Below, piece after piece: positions 13,081 to 25,425 of a stretch of DNA of 64,000 nt. A program made the position numbers and the translations under genes. Each line of letters begins with the position of its first letter. The first letter of the stretch is position 1. The notes below the pieces were generated by a model, which was given only the letters and a program-made list of their open reading frames with translations, made no database searches and was not told the DNA's origin. This DNA comes from Eledone cirrhosa (taxonomy: Eukaryota), in contig OZ024740.1 in assembly GCA_964016885.1 (NCBI GenBank), forward strand, positions 375,224,001 to 375,288,000, read 5' to 3'.

Positions 13081-14480
13081 AGAGAATTTACCTGTGTAAT
13101 AAAGATAATCTATTTTCTTATTTATTGCATATCGCAAATCCATTATTGTGTGCTCTGATAAAATCTCATTTAATATAGATATTGTGACACTAAACTTAAT
13201 ATGTACATACTTATATGCTGATACGTTGTAAGTAAATAGTTTCGTTGCAGAACACTAGCAATCATGAATTAATGGCACTACAGATACTTGTTATTGAAAT
13301 AATGATTAGTTTCAAAGCATTTATCAATGAAATTATTAATGTAGTTTTATAAAAGTGAATTAGGATGGACTCTTATACTGCTTGAATAAAAACATGGCGC
13401 CATTTGCGTGATACTGAATATTGAAATACTATAAAGATTACAGCTTTCAAGATATAATTACGTTATTTCTAAGTTTAAGATTTATATATTGTTTAATCGA
13501 GACAACTCTTGCACATGTATGACACAATACGCGGAACAGTTGTGTCCGTAACTTATTGCTAATATTCATATCATATCAATTTGTTCGATTCATACCTATA
13601 TAAGACACAAATCTTACCTAATTCGAAATGAGAATGATTCATTTGTTTATTAAGCAATAGTGAATATTCGAGATTAGCAAGAAACCGTAGATACATCGAC
13701 TGTGTATATCGTACTTTTGTGCGGTTGAATTAAAATCTGATTCTGATCCAGCCCAAATTTCACCTCGCTTACAAACCACGCTTGTAACAGTCATTAGTCG
13801 ATCGAATTCACAATAACCAATTCAAATGAATATTTGCAGTGTGCCTACATTAAAAGGATTAATAATTATATAATAGATTGAGGCAAATGATAGAACGCAA
13901 TTACCAATCTCCTCGTGAAACAAAACTTTAAAGTGATATAGAACCAAATTTGTAGGAATATATTATATTTTTCCATTACACCATTTATCTGTTTAATAGC
14001 GAAGAGGATACTACACATTTGTATTTACATTACGCTGAAGATATACAGTAAAAGTAAATATAAATTACGTAAAAATCGAAAATAATTTCGTGTAAAACAG
14101 TTCGGCTATACCCAATTAGTAATCACGCTATAATGTCCATAGTGATCATTATATATTATGGTCCTTTAATTTTATAAACATTAACAATTCGAAATTGTTG
14201 TTGCAATTTAGAGTTACCTTAAGTACGCCCGTTTGATTATAGATATAATTTTTATCAGAATCGAAAAAAAAAGATTGATTAATGTAGTGTGCAGAAATGA
14301 AACAATTCTGTGCCTTTGCGAATTATAGTCAGTAATTATAGATATATGATATAGCAAATTAATCGATGTTGCGTAATGATAAATAATGTAATAAGGAGAA
14401 AATCGTAAGGTTAGTAATGAATAAACATTGTGCATAACCACAATCAGTAACACACACACACATATACATTGATATAGATA

Positions 14481-14522
<42 letters not shown>

Positions 14523-14526
<4 letters not shown>

Positions 14527-14962
14527 GAAAAGGTTTCTCCTCATCAGTGGCCTTCCAACCGTCGTAGGCATTTCGTCGCATTAAAGGCCATATACCTCAG
14601 GTTGGTGCGAGCAACGGCTAAAAAAAGTCGTTGGTGCACGTAAATAAAGGGGACGCTAGGGTAAACAGACAAAATGGTTTAAGCAGCAGAAAGTGATGAA
14701 CAAGAAACAAGTCCCAGATTTCTATGAATATAAATTCGGTGGAAACGTGAACGAGAGAATAAAGACCATCAAACCTGGTTGAAATGTGAGCAAGGAAGGA
14801 ATTTCGTATAGGTCTAACGGGGGGAAGAAGGGGTCTGGTCTGCGAATTCGGTAAACATAAGTTCTGTGAAGTCGCAGACGAGAGAGACGACGGTTGGAAG
14901 GCCACTGATGAGGACAAACTTTTTCATATGTAACCCATTTGCAGCGCCGCAGCTCCATTATT

Positions 14963-14965
<3 letters not shown>
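14523..14965. mobile_element. Small element with 43-bp inverted repeats between (TA)n tracts
   Basis: 14523-14565 versus 14887-14929, two mismatches; the repeat contains CTGATGAG. Confidence 0.6.
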
Positions 14966-15035
<70 letters not shown>

Positions 15036-17915
15036 GTGAACCTAAGATTTGTAGACAGGAAAAAGTTAAAAGAAACAACAGCTAAGGTAAAGAAAGTCAT
15101 CCCATACCTTGAGGTGAGGAACCTTCACCAATGCAAACATATCCTCAAAGCAACCGCAAGTGCGGTGAGCAAATTACTTGGTATAAAAATGAGAGGAAAC
15201 AACAAACAAGAAAGATCAGAACCTTGGTGGAAAGAACGACTGAATAGTCAAATCAAGGAAATAAGAAAAGACATTAGAAAGCTTGACTATTTACTGAATG
15301 GGACATTACAAAACATAGACACTAATGGTAGATTGAAAATAACATACGCAACTAGGGGGAAAGAGCTAAATATTATCCTAGAGGAACTGAAACAACGCAT
15401 TGTGGCAAAAAAGTGCAAAGATTAGGCGGAATGAAAACAAAGTTAGTCAATATGAACTGAACCGCATGTTTGAGAACAACCAGATATTGTTTGTACGGCT
15501 TGAAGGGAACGAAAGAGGTAGCGACGTGATCCCTGAGACGGAACAGACTAAGACATTCTGGAGAGGAATATGGGAGCAGGATGTTGAACATAATAGTCAG
15601 GCAGTGTGGATTGAGACTGTTCAAAAGGAGATTAGTGAACAAGCACACCAACAACCTGATTTGAGTATCACAGTTGAAACTCTTAAAGGGCAGGCCAACA
15701 AACCAACCAGGAAAACACCAGGCACAGATGGTGTGCAAGGGTATTGGATTAAAAATACAACATCCCTCCACCCGAAACTGAAAACCATGTTCAATGACTG
15801 TTGATGTCGGGTGAAGTAGCAGAGTGGTTGAAAAAGGGTACCACAGTTCTGGTAATGAAAGACCGAATCAAGGGTAATGATGTTACCAACTAAAGGCCCA
15901 GCACATGTCTATCCGTAATGTGGAAACTGTTAAAAAGCATTGTGTATGAGGAAATCTACCATCACCTCCACGGAAACAGTTTGTTACAGGACGAGCAGAA
16001 AGGATGCCGAAAGAAGTCCCGTGGTACAAAAGACCAGTTACTTATTGATAAGATGGTAATGAGGATTACAGGAGGAAGCACATTGGTCTTGCATTGCGAT
16101 GGATAGATTACAAAAAGGCATTCGACATGGTACCTCATTCTTGGATAACCAAAAGCCTAGAGGTCTTCAAGGTGGCAGATAACATCTAACAATTGTTGAG
16201 CAAAACTATGAAGTCCTGAGAAACAGAGGTAACATCAGGTGGAGAAACCTTGGGAGGCGTGAAGATCAAGAGCGGTATCTTCCAGGGAGATAGTTTTTCC
16301 CACTGCTGTTTGTCCTTACCCTGAAACCCATGTCCGTAATATTGCGAAAAAGTGAGAGCCGGATACAATTTGGGAAACGGAGAGCTTACCATCAACCACC
16401 TACTCTTAATAGACGATCTTAAACTCATTACAAAGAGTGAGAAGGAGTTGGATGTATGTTGACACTGTCCGTATTTTCAACAATGATATGTGTATGGAAT
16501 TTGGTATTAATAAGTGTGGAGTCATTGTGATGAAGAGAGGTAAATTGGGCAGAAGCAACGGAATCCAGGTACCAGCAGGTGAGATGATAAAGGAAATTGA
16601 CACTGAAGAGGGATACAAATATTTAGGTTTTCTGGAAGCAGATGACGTCAAGAACAAAACAAAATGAAGGAATTGATAAGATCTGAATACATTCGGAGAG
16701 TAAGGAACGTATTAAACTCACATCTAAATAGTAGGAATGCCATAAGTGCAGTAAATTCCCGAGCTGTGTCTATTATTAGATACAGTGCGGGAAATCTGAA
16801 TTGGAATGTTGCTGAACAAAAAGAAATGGATACGAAAACTAGGAAGCTAATGACTATCTACAACTGTTCCGCAAGAGGAGTGATGTCTATAGACTCAACT
16901 TAAAGAGATCTGAAGGTGGAAGAGGTCTTATCAGCATAGAGGAGTGTGTTCAGACGGAGTAAAACAACCTACACAAATATGTGACTTACAGTAGGGAGCC
17001 AATGCTCAGAATTGTACTGAAGGAGAAGACAATAGACCAGAGGATGTCCAAGGAGGAAATAACAACAAGGAGGAAGGGCAACCTTCATGAAATATTCCTT
17101 CATAGCACCTTCTTTAAGAAAACGGAATTGAGAGATCCACAGATATGGAACTGGTTAAAAAGAGGAGACCTTATACAAGCTACAGAAGGAATGCTAATGA
17201 ATGCGCAAGAGCAAGCCCTCAAAACGAGGTGGGTGAAACACCATATTGACAAGGATGAGGCTAGCTCACTGTGTAGGATCTGTGGAGAGAGAGAGGAGAC
17301 TGTGGCTCACATTGTATCCGAGTGTAAACACCTAGCCCAGACTCACTATAAGGGCTGGAGACCTGATGTGATGGGCAGGGTGATCCACTGGCATCTATGC
17401 AAAGTAAACAAGTTATCACATTCTGAGAAGTGCTATGAGCATAAGACAGACTCTGTGAGAGAAAACGATCAGATGAAGATGCTATGAGATTTTAGGATAC
17501 ATACGAACAAGAAGTTAGAACACAATAGGCCTGACCTGGTGGTTTTGGACAAGGAAAAAAGATCATGCCTGATTGTAGATGTAGCCTGCCTATTTGACAC
17601 GAGAGTGCATGGAAAAGAGAGGGAGAACATTAACTGATACCAGGATTTAAAGTGGGAGTTAAAAAGGATTTGGAACTGCCATGAAGCCAAGGATTGTCAT
17701 AGGCGCACTATGTACTATCTCAAAGAGTTTGCAAGTATGGTTAAAGAAGATTAGTCCAGCCCCGCTTTTTGGAACACTTCAAAAGGCATACATGCTGGGA
17801 ACAGCAAGAACCCTCCGAAATGTTCTGAATGTCTGAGGCTGAAGGCAGCTGCTTGATATTCATTTCAACAAATTTTCCAGTTAAATAACATCAATGACTG
17901 AGACTCAAAGGACAC
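15036..17915 (+). mobile_element. 5'-truncated degenerate R4/Dong-clade LINE (family A), RT + REL endonuclease
   Basis: EQKGCRKKSRGTKDQLLIDK, IFQGDS, CRICG..ETVAHIVSEC, HNRPDLVV..IVDVAC; ends in (TAA)n. Confidence 0.9.
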
Positions 17916-17972
<57 letters not shown>

Positions 17973-17973
<1 letters not shown>

Positions 17974-18140
17974 TGTTTCTATTTTAGGCACAAGGCCAGC
18001 AATTATCCAGTACATTACTGGTACTTTATTTTATCGACCCCGTAAGGATGAAAGGCAAAGTTAACCTCGGCGGGATTTGAACTCAGATCATAAAGGGACG
18101 TAACTCTATGCTTCAAAGCATGGTGTCCGACTCTCTAAGG
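17973..18140 (-). mobile_element. tRNA-derived SINE
   Basis: Reverse complement of the SINE consensus; its tail merges with the LINE's (TAA)n tail. Confidence 0.85.
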
Positions 18141-18276
18141 ACGAAAGGTTAGACTTTCATTACGTATTTTGGATGGTGACGCGCGTCTGGCTACTGATCA
18201 GTTCAAGGTTCGATGTATATCGATCTGGGCCGACTCTGGAATCTAAAGCTCATCGGACGTATGTAGTAGTAATGCC

Positions 18277-18323
<47 letters not shown>

Positions 18324-18610
18324 AAATAACGAAACGAAATTAAATTTCGTTTCGTTTGTAACTTACTTTTGTATGACTGACGCTTAAACAATTAAGTTAA
18401 AAATGTACATCCACATATGTATGCTGAAATACTAGTATGCATATGAATACACACACGTGTACATATGTAGATGTACCGAGTTTTTCACTGGTCACTTTAC
18501 TGTGAGTGTCCAGCTATTCTGTATGTAAACACACAGACAAACCGGTTTTTAGAGTCATACATGTTTTTGAGGAAACACCTTTTCTCTATTTTCCAGAAAG
18601 CCAGACAAGG

Positions 18611-18655
18611 AATATTGGACTAGTTTCGATGTTGTTACATCTCATCAGCAATATT
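18611..18655 (-). ncRNA. Type I hammerhead ribozyme, unit 1
   Basis: aatattg-CTGATGA-gatgt-aaca-acatc-GAAA-ctag-TC-caatatt: 7-bp stem I, 5-bp stem II, palindromic stem III, GUC cleavage triplet. Confidence 0.92.
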
Positions 18656-19076
18656 TACGTATCTTCCGGCCTTTCTAGAGAATCGTAAAAGCACATATCG
18701 TTATATGCTTTTTCTATGAAAATTAGTAGTGGGCAGGCTAATTTGCATAGAGCGTGAGTACGTACCGGTTCAACGTAGACGATAAAAACAAATAACGAAA
18801 CGAAATTAAATTTCGTTTCGTTTGTAACTCACTTTTGTATGACTGACGCTTAAACAATTAAGTTAAAAATGTACATCCACATATGTATACTGAAATACTA
18901 GTATGCATATGAATACACACACGTGTACATATGTAGATGTACCGAGTTTTTCACTGGTCACTTTACTGTGAGTGTCCAGCTATTCTGTATGTAAACACAC
19001 AGACAAACCGGTTTTTAGAGTCATACTGGTTTTTGAGGAAACACCTTTCCTCTATTCTTCAGAAAGCCAGACAAGG

Positions 19077-19121
19077 AATATTGGACTAGTTTCGATGTTG
19101 TTACATCTCATCAGCAATATT
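19077..19121 (-). ncRNA. Type I hammerhead ribozyme, unit 2
   Basis: Identical to unit 1. Confidence 0.92.
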
Positions 19122-19542
19122 TACCTATCTTCCGGCCTTTCTAGAGAATCGTAAAAGCACATATCGTTATATGCTTTTTCTATGAAAATTAGTAGTGGGC
19201 ATACTAATTTGCATAGAGCGTGAGTACGTACCGGTTCAACGGAGACGATAAAAACAAATAACGAAACGAAATTAAATTTCGTTTCGTTTGTAACTCACTT
19301 TTGTATGACTGACGCTTAAACAATTAAGTTAAAAATGTACATCCACATATGTATACTGAAATACTAGTATGCATATGAATACACACACGTGTACATATGT
19401 AGATGTACCGAGGTTTTCACTGGTCACTTTACTGTGAGTGTCCAGCTATTCTGTATGTAAACACACAGACAAACCGGTTTTTAGAGTCATACTGGTTTTT
19501 GAGGAAACACCTTTCCTCTATTCTCCAGAAAGCCAGACAAGG

Positions 19543-19587
19543 AATATTGGACTAGTTTCGATATTGGTACATCTCATCAGCAATATT
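19543..19587 (-). ncRNA. Type I hammerhead ribozyme, unit 3
   Basis: Core intact; stem II gatgt/atatc (G-U wobble) with loop acca. Confidence 0.9.
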
Positions 19588-20008
19588 TACCTATCTTCCG
19601 GCCTTTCTAGAGAATCGTAAAAGCACATATCGTTATATGCTTTTTCTATGAAAATTATTAGTGGGCAGACTAATTTGCATAGAGCGTGAGTACGTACCGG
19701 TTCAACGGAGACGATAAAAACAAATAACGAAACGAAATTAAATTTCGTTTCGTTTGTAACTCACTTTTGTATGACTGACGCTTAAACAATTAAGTTAAAA
19801 ATGTACATCCACATATGTATACTGAAATAGTAGTATGCATATGAATACACACACGTGTACATATGTAGATGTACCGAGGTTTTCACTGGTCACTTTACTG
19901 TGAGTGTCCAGCTATTCTGTATGTAAACACACAGACAAACCGGTTTTTAGAGTCATACTGGTTTTTGAGGAAACACCTTTCCTCTATTCTTCAGAAAGCC
20001 AGACAAGG

Positions 20009-20053
20009 AATATTGGACTAGTTTCGATGTTGTTACATCTCATCAGCAATATT
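20009..20053 (-). ncRNA. Type I hammerhead ribozyme, unit 4
   Basis: Identical to unit 1. Confidence 0.92.
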
Positions 20054-20576
20054 TACCTATCTTCCGGCCTTTCTAGAGAATCGTAAAAGCACATATCGTT
20101 ATATGCTTTTTCTATGAAAATTAGTAGTGGGCAGACTAATTTGCATAGAGCGTGAGTACGTACCGGTTCAACGGAGACGATAAAAACAAATAACGAAACG
20201 AAATTAAATTTCGTTTCGTTTGTAACTCACTTTTGTATGACTGACGCTTAAACAATTAAGTTAAAAATGTACATCCACATATGTATACTGAAATACTAGT
20301 ATGCATATGAATACACACACGTGTACATATGTAGATGTACCGAGTTTTTCACTGGTCACTTTACTGTGAGTGTCCAGCTATTCTGTATGTAAACACACAG
20401 ACAAACCGGTTTTTAGAGTCATACTAGTATTTCAGTATACATATGTGGATGTACATTTTTAACTTAATTGTTTAAGCGTCAGTCATACAAAAGTGAGTTA
20501 CAAACGAAACGAAATTTAATTTCGTTTCGTTATTTGTTTTTATCGTCTCCGTTGAACCGGTACGTACTCACGCTCT

Positions 20577-20584
20577 ATGCAAAT
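20577..20584 (+). promoter_or_regulatory. Octamer motif ATGCAAAT upstream of the HHR (present in each 466-bp unit)
   Basis: Perfect POU-binding octamer 92 nt before the CTGATGA core; regulatory function is inferred. Confidence 0.45.
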
Positions 20585-20669
20585 TAGTCTGCCCACTACT
20601 AATGTTCATAGAAAAAGCATATAACGATATGTGCTTTTACGATTCTCTATAAAGGCCGGAAGATAGGTA

Positions 20670-20714
20670 AATATTGCTGATGAGATGTAACAACATCAAA
20701 ACTAGTCCAATATT
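20670..20714 (+). ncRNA. Hammerhead in the inverted unit, with G12>A core substitution
   Basis: aatattg-CTGATGA-gatgtaacaacatc-AAAA-ctag-TC-caatatt; GAAA becomes AAAA at 20698. Confidence 0.85.
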
Positions 20715-20936
20715 CCTTGTCTGGCTTTCTGGAGAATAGAGGAAAGGTGTTTCCTCAAAAACCAGTATGACTCTAAAAAACGGTTTGTCTGTGTGTTTAC
20801 ATACAGAATAGCTGGACACTCACAGTAAAGTGACCAGTGAAAAACTCGGTACATCTACATATGTACACGTGTGTGTATTCATATGCATACTAGTATTTCA
20901 GTATACATATGTGGATGTACATTTTTAACTTAATTG

Positions 20937-21004
<68 letters not shown>

Positions 21005-21315
21005 AGGGAATGTAACGTGAAGTTACTGTAGGTTCACCCATGTGTGTACTCGATGTTGTGATTCACGTCAGAAGAGCATTTGATTCCAGAGTCGGGCCAG
21101 ATCGATACAGACCGAACCTTGAGCTGATCAATAGTGTCACCAATATATAAATGTAATGAAGGCTTACTAAATCGCCCATGTATTACTATATATATATATA
21201 TATCGTCCATATATACAATATATATATCGTCCATGTATACAATATATATATATATATTTATACATATATATATACATATATATATATTTATACATATAGA
21301 TATATATATATATTA

Positions 21316-21800
21316 TTATACTTTGGGAGGGTCATGTTGCCAATAAGAAACACACGCACCAGTTGTTTCACTTCAATTTATTATAATAAATTTATAAATT
21401 TAGGAATTTATAAATTTCCGGTTGGTTGGTTGGTTACACAACCAGATGGTTGTTTATATATTGTCTAAGTTCTTTCGTCACACATTCAAGATGGCGTAGG
21501 TCAGAACAAAGGAGAGGCACAAAAACAAAGAAAAGAATCCCCAGTCACTGAAGAGGTCACAGAATGTGTGACGAAAGAACTTTGACAATATATAAACTAC
21601 CATCTGGTTGTGGAACCAACCAACCAACCGGACATTTATAAATTCCTAAATTTATAAATTTATTATAATAAATTGAAGTGAAAGCAACTGGTGCGTGTGT
21701 TTCTTATTGGCCCCATGACCCTCCCAAAGTATAACAATATCGGTTTCAACACTCGTTTTCAGATAAAGAATCTTGCTAAACAAATTCAAAAACGAAATGT
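21316..21800 (+). mobile_element. Solo PLE pLTR with 5' inversion
   Basis: 21316-21487 is inverted relative to 21562-21734; 21488-21800 closely matches 32729-33046, which follows a GIY-YIG ORF. Confidence 0.85.
21544..21586 (+). ncRNA. Minimal type I hammerhead ribozyme
   Basis: gtca-CTGAAGA-g-gtcaca-gaatg-tgtgac-GAAA-gaac-TT-tgac. Confidence 0.7.
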
Positions 21801-21801
21801 T

Positions 21802-21947
<146 letters not shown>

Positions 21948-22502
21948 TGTGTGAGTTTTGGGTTCAATCGGGGGCAAACAGAGTTAGGAAGTAAGGTACT
22001 CTATACATTAATAATTTGAATATATTTAACGTATAAATGGTTTCTTCAGAAATAGAATTGTTTCATTGAAAAGAAATCATCAGGAAAGCTTTCCGGGTTG
22101 TTTGCATTGAGTTAAACAGTTGTCTCTGCCTATTATTATTGTATTTATGTGATTGCGAGTATTTGCGTTTGCAACATCGCAATCCATAACGCAAGGTCTA
22201 AGCTTGGTTAACTACTCCACATCGGAAGATTTTTATCCAACTATGATATGGTATTATATACTTAAAATACAACGAAATATTTATATTCGAATGAACGTTA
22301 ACGGTGATTTAGTTTATTACAATTTCATATTTATTTTTGTTATGCTCACTTCCCCGATGTTTAGCCGCTTTTATCGTATTCTAGGCTGCCATGGTTTCTT
22401 CGAACCGTAATTTACCATATGGTGTGCGACCACATAATGACATAAAAATACCATCGGTACATCACAATCACACCAATAATATCGCAATATTATCTAAAAT
22501 AT

Positions 22503-22690
22503 AGGGCGGTGGATTGGCAGGTTCTGTAGAATGTCCGGACCCCATGCTTTGCAGCAAAGAGTTACCTCCCTTTATGAGTTCAAATCCCACCGAGGTTAAC
22601 TTTGCTTTTCATCCTTACGGGGTCGAAAAAATAAATTACCAGTAATACACTGGGATAATTACTGGCCTTGTGCCTAAAGTAGAAACAATT
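22503..22690 (+). mobile_element. tRNA-derived SINE
   Basis: Full-length match to the other copies. Confidence 0.85.
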
Positions 22691-23237
22691 AGCTAAAGTA
22701 TACTATACAGGGATGGATTCTATGAAGCAGAATGTCGATTTTTAGCTAAAGTGAATCGGCTGTTAAATATTTATTGGATTTCCAAGGATATCACTTAGTA
22801 ATAATGACATAGCAACCACCATAGATTTCCTGTCGGTAGATGCGCAAGAATAGATTTGTTGACAATCTAGTGGGCGATGATATAAAAATAATGAGAATGT
22901 AAATCCCTTTGGATTTATTTGGTTCATAATTGTACATTTCTGCAAGCTTGCATGCTGGGAATTCTTCCTACACTGGAGGGTTTTGACAATGATTATAGAA
23001 GTGGGCTTAAATGATAAGTCAATTTGAATGCCTGAAAGAAATATTCAATTATATCAAATGACTCCGTAGAGTAAATGTTCTAACTGTAGAGTAGATGTTC
23101 TATCACGAATGCATTTGGAGAAATTTGTGTTCCTTAAAATATAAGACATACTACTTAGTGGATATGTAATTAGGCTTGTAATATATCATGTTTGAAGAAG
23201 TCATTTCATATATATTCATATGTCTCATTGGTATAGT

Positions 23238-24402
23238 TCCCTATGTTAATCCAATCCTTCGTATCAACCAAAACGGTTTTAGGCGCGGTAGATCTACACT
23301 TGCGCAGATGTTGGCCTTGAGATGAGTAGAGGATGAGATAAAAAATTCCAACAGATAAATGGCAGTAGTTTTTGTTGCCTTTGGAAAAGCTTTTGACAGC
23401 ATAACGAGAAACATCCTGTTTGAAATTCTACCTTTGTATGGCATACCAGCAAGTCATGTGGAAGCAGTTAAGGCTCTGCATCTCAACACAAGTGCCACTA
23501 TCAGCACCGCTGTCCCAACAGAGTTCTTTGACATCTCAGCAGGAGTGCTGCAGGGGACACTCTTGTCCCATTCCTAATTATCATTGCACTAGACTCTCAA
23601 TTGACAAAATCAATAACAAAGTTATAACCATCAAACCCTACATCAGCTCTAGGCACCCCTCTAAACATCTAACTGACCTGATTTTGCAGATGAAATTGCA
23701 CTTCTTGCAGATTGCCTAGAAATTGCACAACAAATTTTGACATCTCTCCAGGAAGCAGCCGCCCTAGTTGGCCTTCATCGCAACCAGGTTAAAACAGAAT
23801 ACATCAAAGCTATCAACGTAGAAATATCAAGCAAGTCGAGGATTTCAAGTCCTGGATCATGGACACTGAGAAGGATTTCACCACCAGAAAGGTCCAACCA
23901 TGGTCAGCTTGCAACAAGATGGATCGAGTTTGACGCTCAAATCTTTCCAACAACACCAAGATCAGACACTTCCAAGTAACAATTCAACCAATCTTGATAT
24001 ATGGAAGTGAAACATGGACGCTTTCATGCAAACAACAAAAGCACGTTGATGGCACTTACATTCACCTGCTTCAACGCATTCAGAACATGAGCTGGCGACA
24101 TCTGACTATGACAGATATATGCCGGCCACCCACGCATTTCTGTCGTTGTGTGTAAAAGGAGATTAAGAATTGCTGGCTACTGCCATCGTGCTACATATCA
24201 AGCTGTGTCCCGATTAGTGATTTGGAAACCGCATGTAGTCACTTATAACAGGAGGCGTAATCTCTCCTATCCCGATGTCATCTCCAGAGATTCTAGTATT
24301 GACATCCATGACTTGACAACAGAAATGAGCAACAGACCCACGTGGAGATCAATTGTGATTCCATTTCGGCTGAGGCCGCCGGATGATGATGATGATGATG
24401 AT
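23238..24402 (+). mobile_element. 5'-truncated degenerate RTE-clade LINE with (GAT)n tail
   Basis: NQNGFRRGRST, KAFDSI, GVLQG, FADEI, YGSETWTL, RRLRIAGYCHR; gatgatgat tail. Confidence 0.85.
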
Positions 24403-25204
24403 ATCTCATTCTTAAATCTTTTTTAGTAACGAACTCGCGTTCATCATTGAGTACAAGCAATGTACTGCATATGTAACACATACACTCGGGGAAGTTCGAA
24501 ATAAATAATAATGTCCTTCATTAAAGAAAGGCTTTTGATACTGTTCTTTCGGGCGGGAAATACGAATAGTTTAAATCAAAAGTGATTTTGGAAAATGTTA
24601 ACTGATTTGTGATATAATTGAAAAAAGAATAAAGAATATTGAAACGAAATGTAAACCGTTAATTAAACATCCATTCTCTATTTTACTGCATAATGCTTAC
24701 TGTCTGTGCTCCGGTGATACCTAATTCCTATTCACATATTATCGCAATTTAACATTTATAACGTTATAATGAGCTGAATGAATAATTCCTGAGCTTAAAG
24801 ATACAGTGTTGCTTTGAAAATAAACTTGTTATATAATATTTGAAGTTCTATTTGAATTATAGCTTTCAAACATATATTCCAGTTTTTGATATGAGTTATA
24901 AATATACAACTTTGTTTTCCATTTACATATAATATATTTTTTGTTAGAACGATTGTGTGTAAGTTTCTTTAATATAGAATTATATACATTGACCAAAGCG
25001 GCATATTAGGAGAAGCAATTTACCATTCACCAATTTAAATATCGTTACCAACAATTATTGAATATCTTATAGTACAGCGATATCTAACACCAAGACAAGC
25101 ATAGAAACAATGTATTGGCACGTGTGAGATAAAAGTTTCGTTTGTGATTTTATTTTGAAACATCATCAACACATAAGCGGCAACTTCAACTAACGCATTC
25201 TCCG

Positions 25205-25425
25205 CTATACATAAGGCCGTGGAGGGTAATCTCTCAAAATATCGGCAGGTTTTCGGTCGAACCCGTAGCAGTGGAGCGTTCTAGTGTCCATGAACCTAGG
25301 AACCACCATCGGTATATAGTTGGCTATCCGCATGTGCGAGCCTCGCGAGCTGGAATGGCTCTTCCAACGAGTCTCCCTCACCATCCTCTGGAGAAATGCC
25401 TTGTCTATTCTCTCTACCGAGGCCG
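25205..25425 (+). mobile_element. 3' fragment of a CRE/NeSL-type REL-endonuclease retrotransposon
   Basis: KY...EPVAVE...EPRELEWLFQRVSLTILWRNALSIL resembles the C-terminal FQRxSxAxxRGNA motif. Confidence 0.55.

Larger units (their letters stand above)
18320..20938 (-). mobile_element. 466-bp hammerhead-containing tandem array (retrozyme/satellite-like): ~4.5 direct units plus ~1.1 inverted unit
   Basis: Period is 466 bp (18506, 18972, 19438, 19904); orientation flips at CATACT 20420-20425; flanked by (TA)n on both sides. Confidence 0.92.

Noticed and set aside
18506-20819. Repeated 60-aa ORF in the 466-bp units
   Set aside because: GTG start, no recognisable domain, and antisense to the ribozyme; likely incidental.
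22763-23045. Possible minus-strand exon
   Set aside because: An acceptor-like site is present, but frames are short and unrecognisable.
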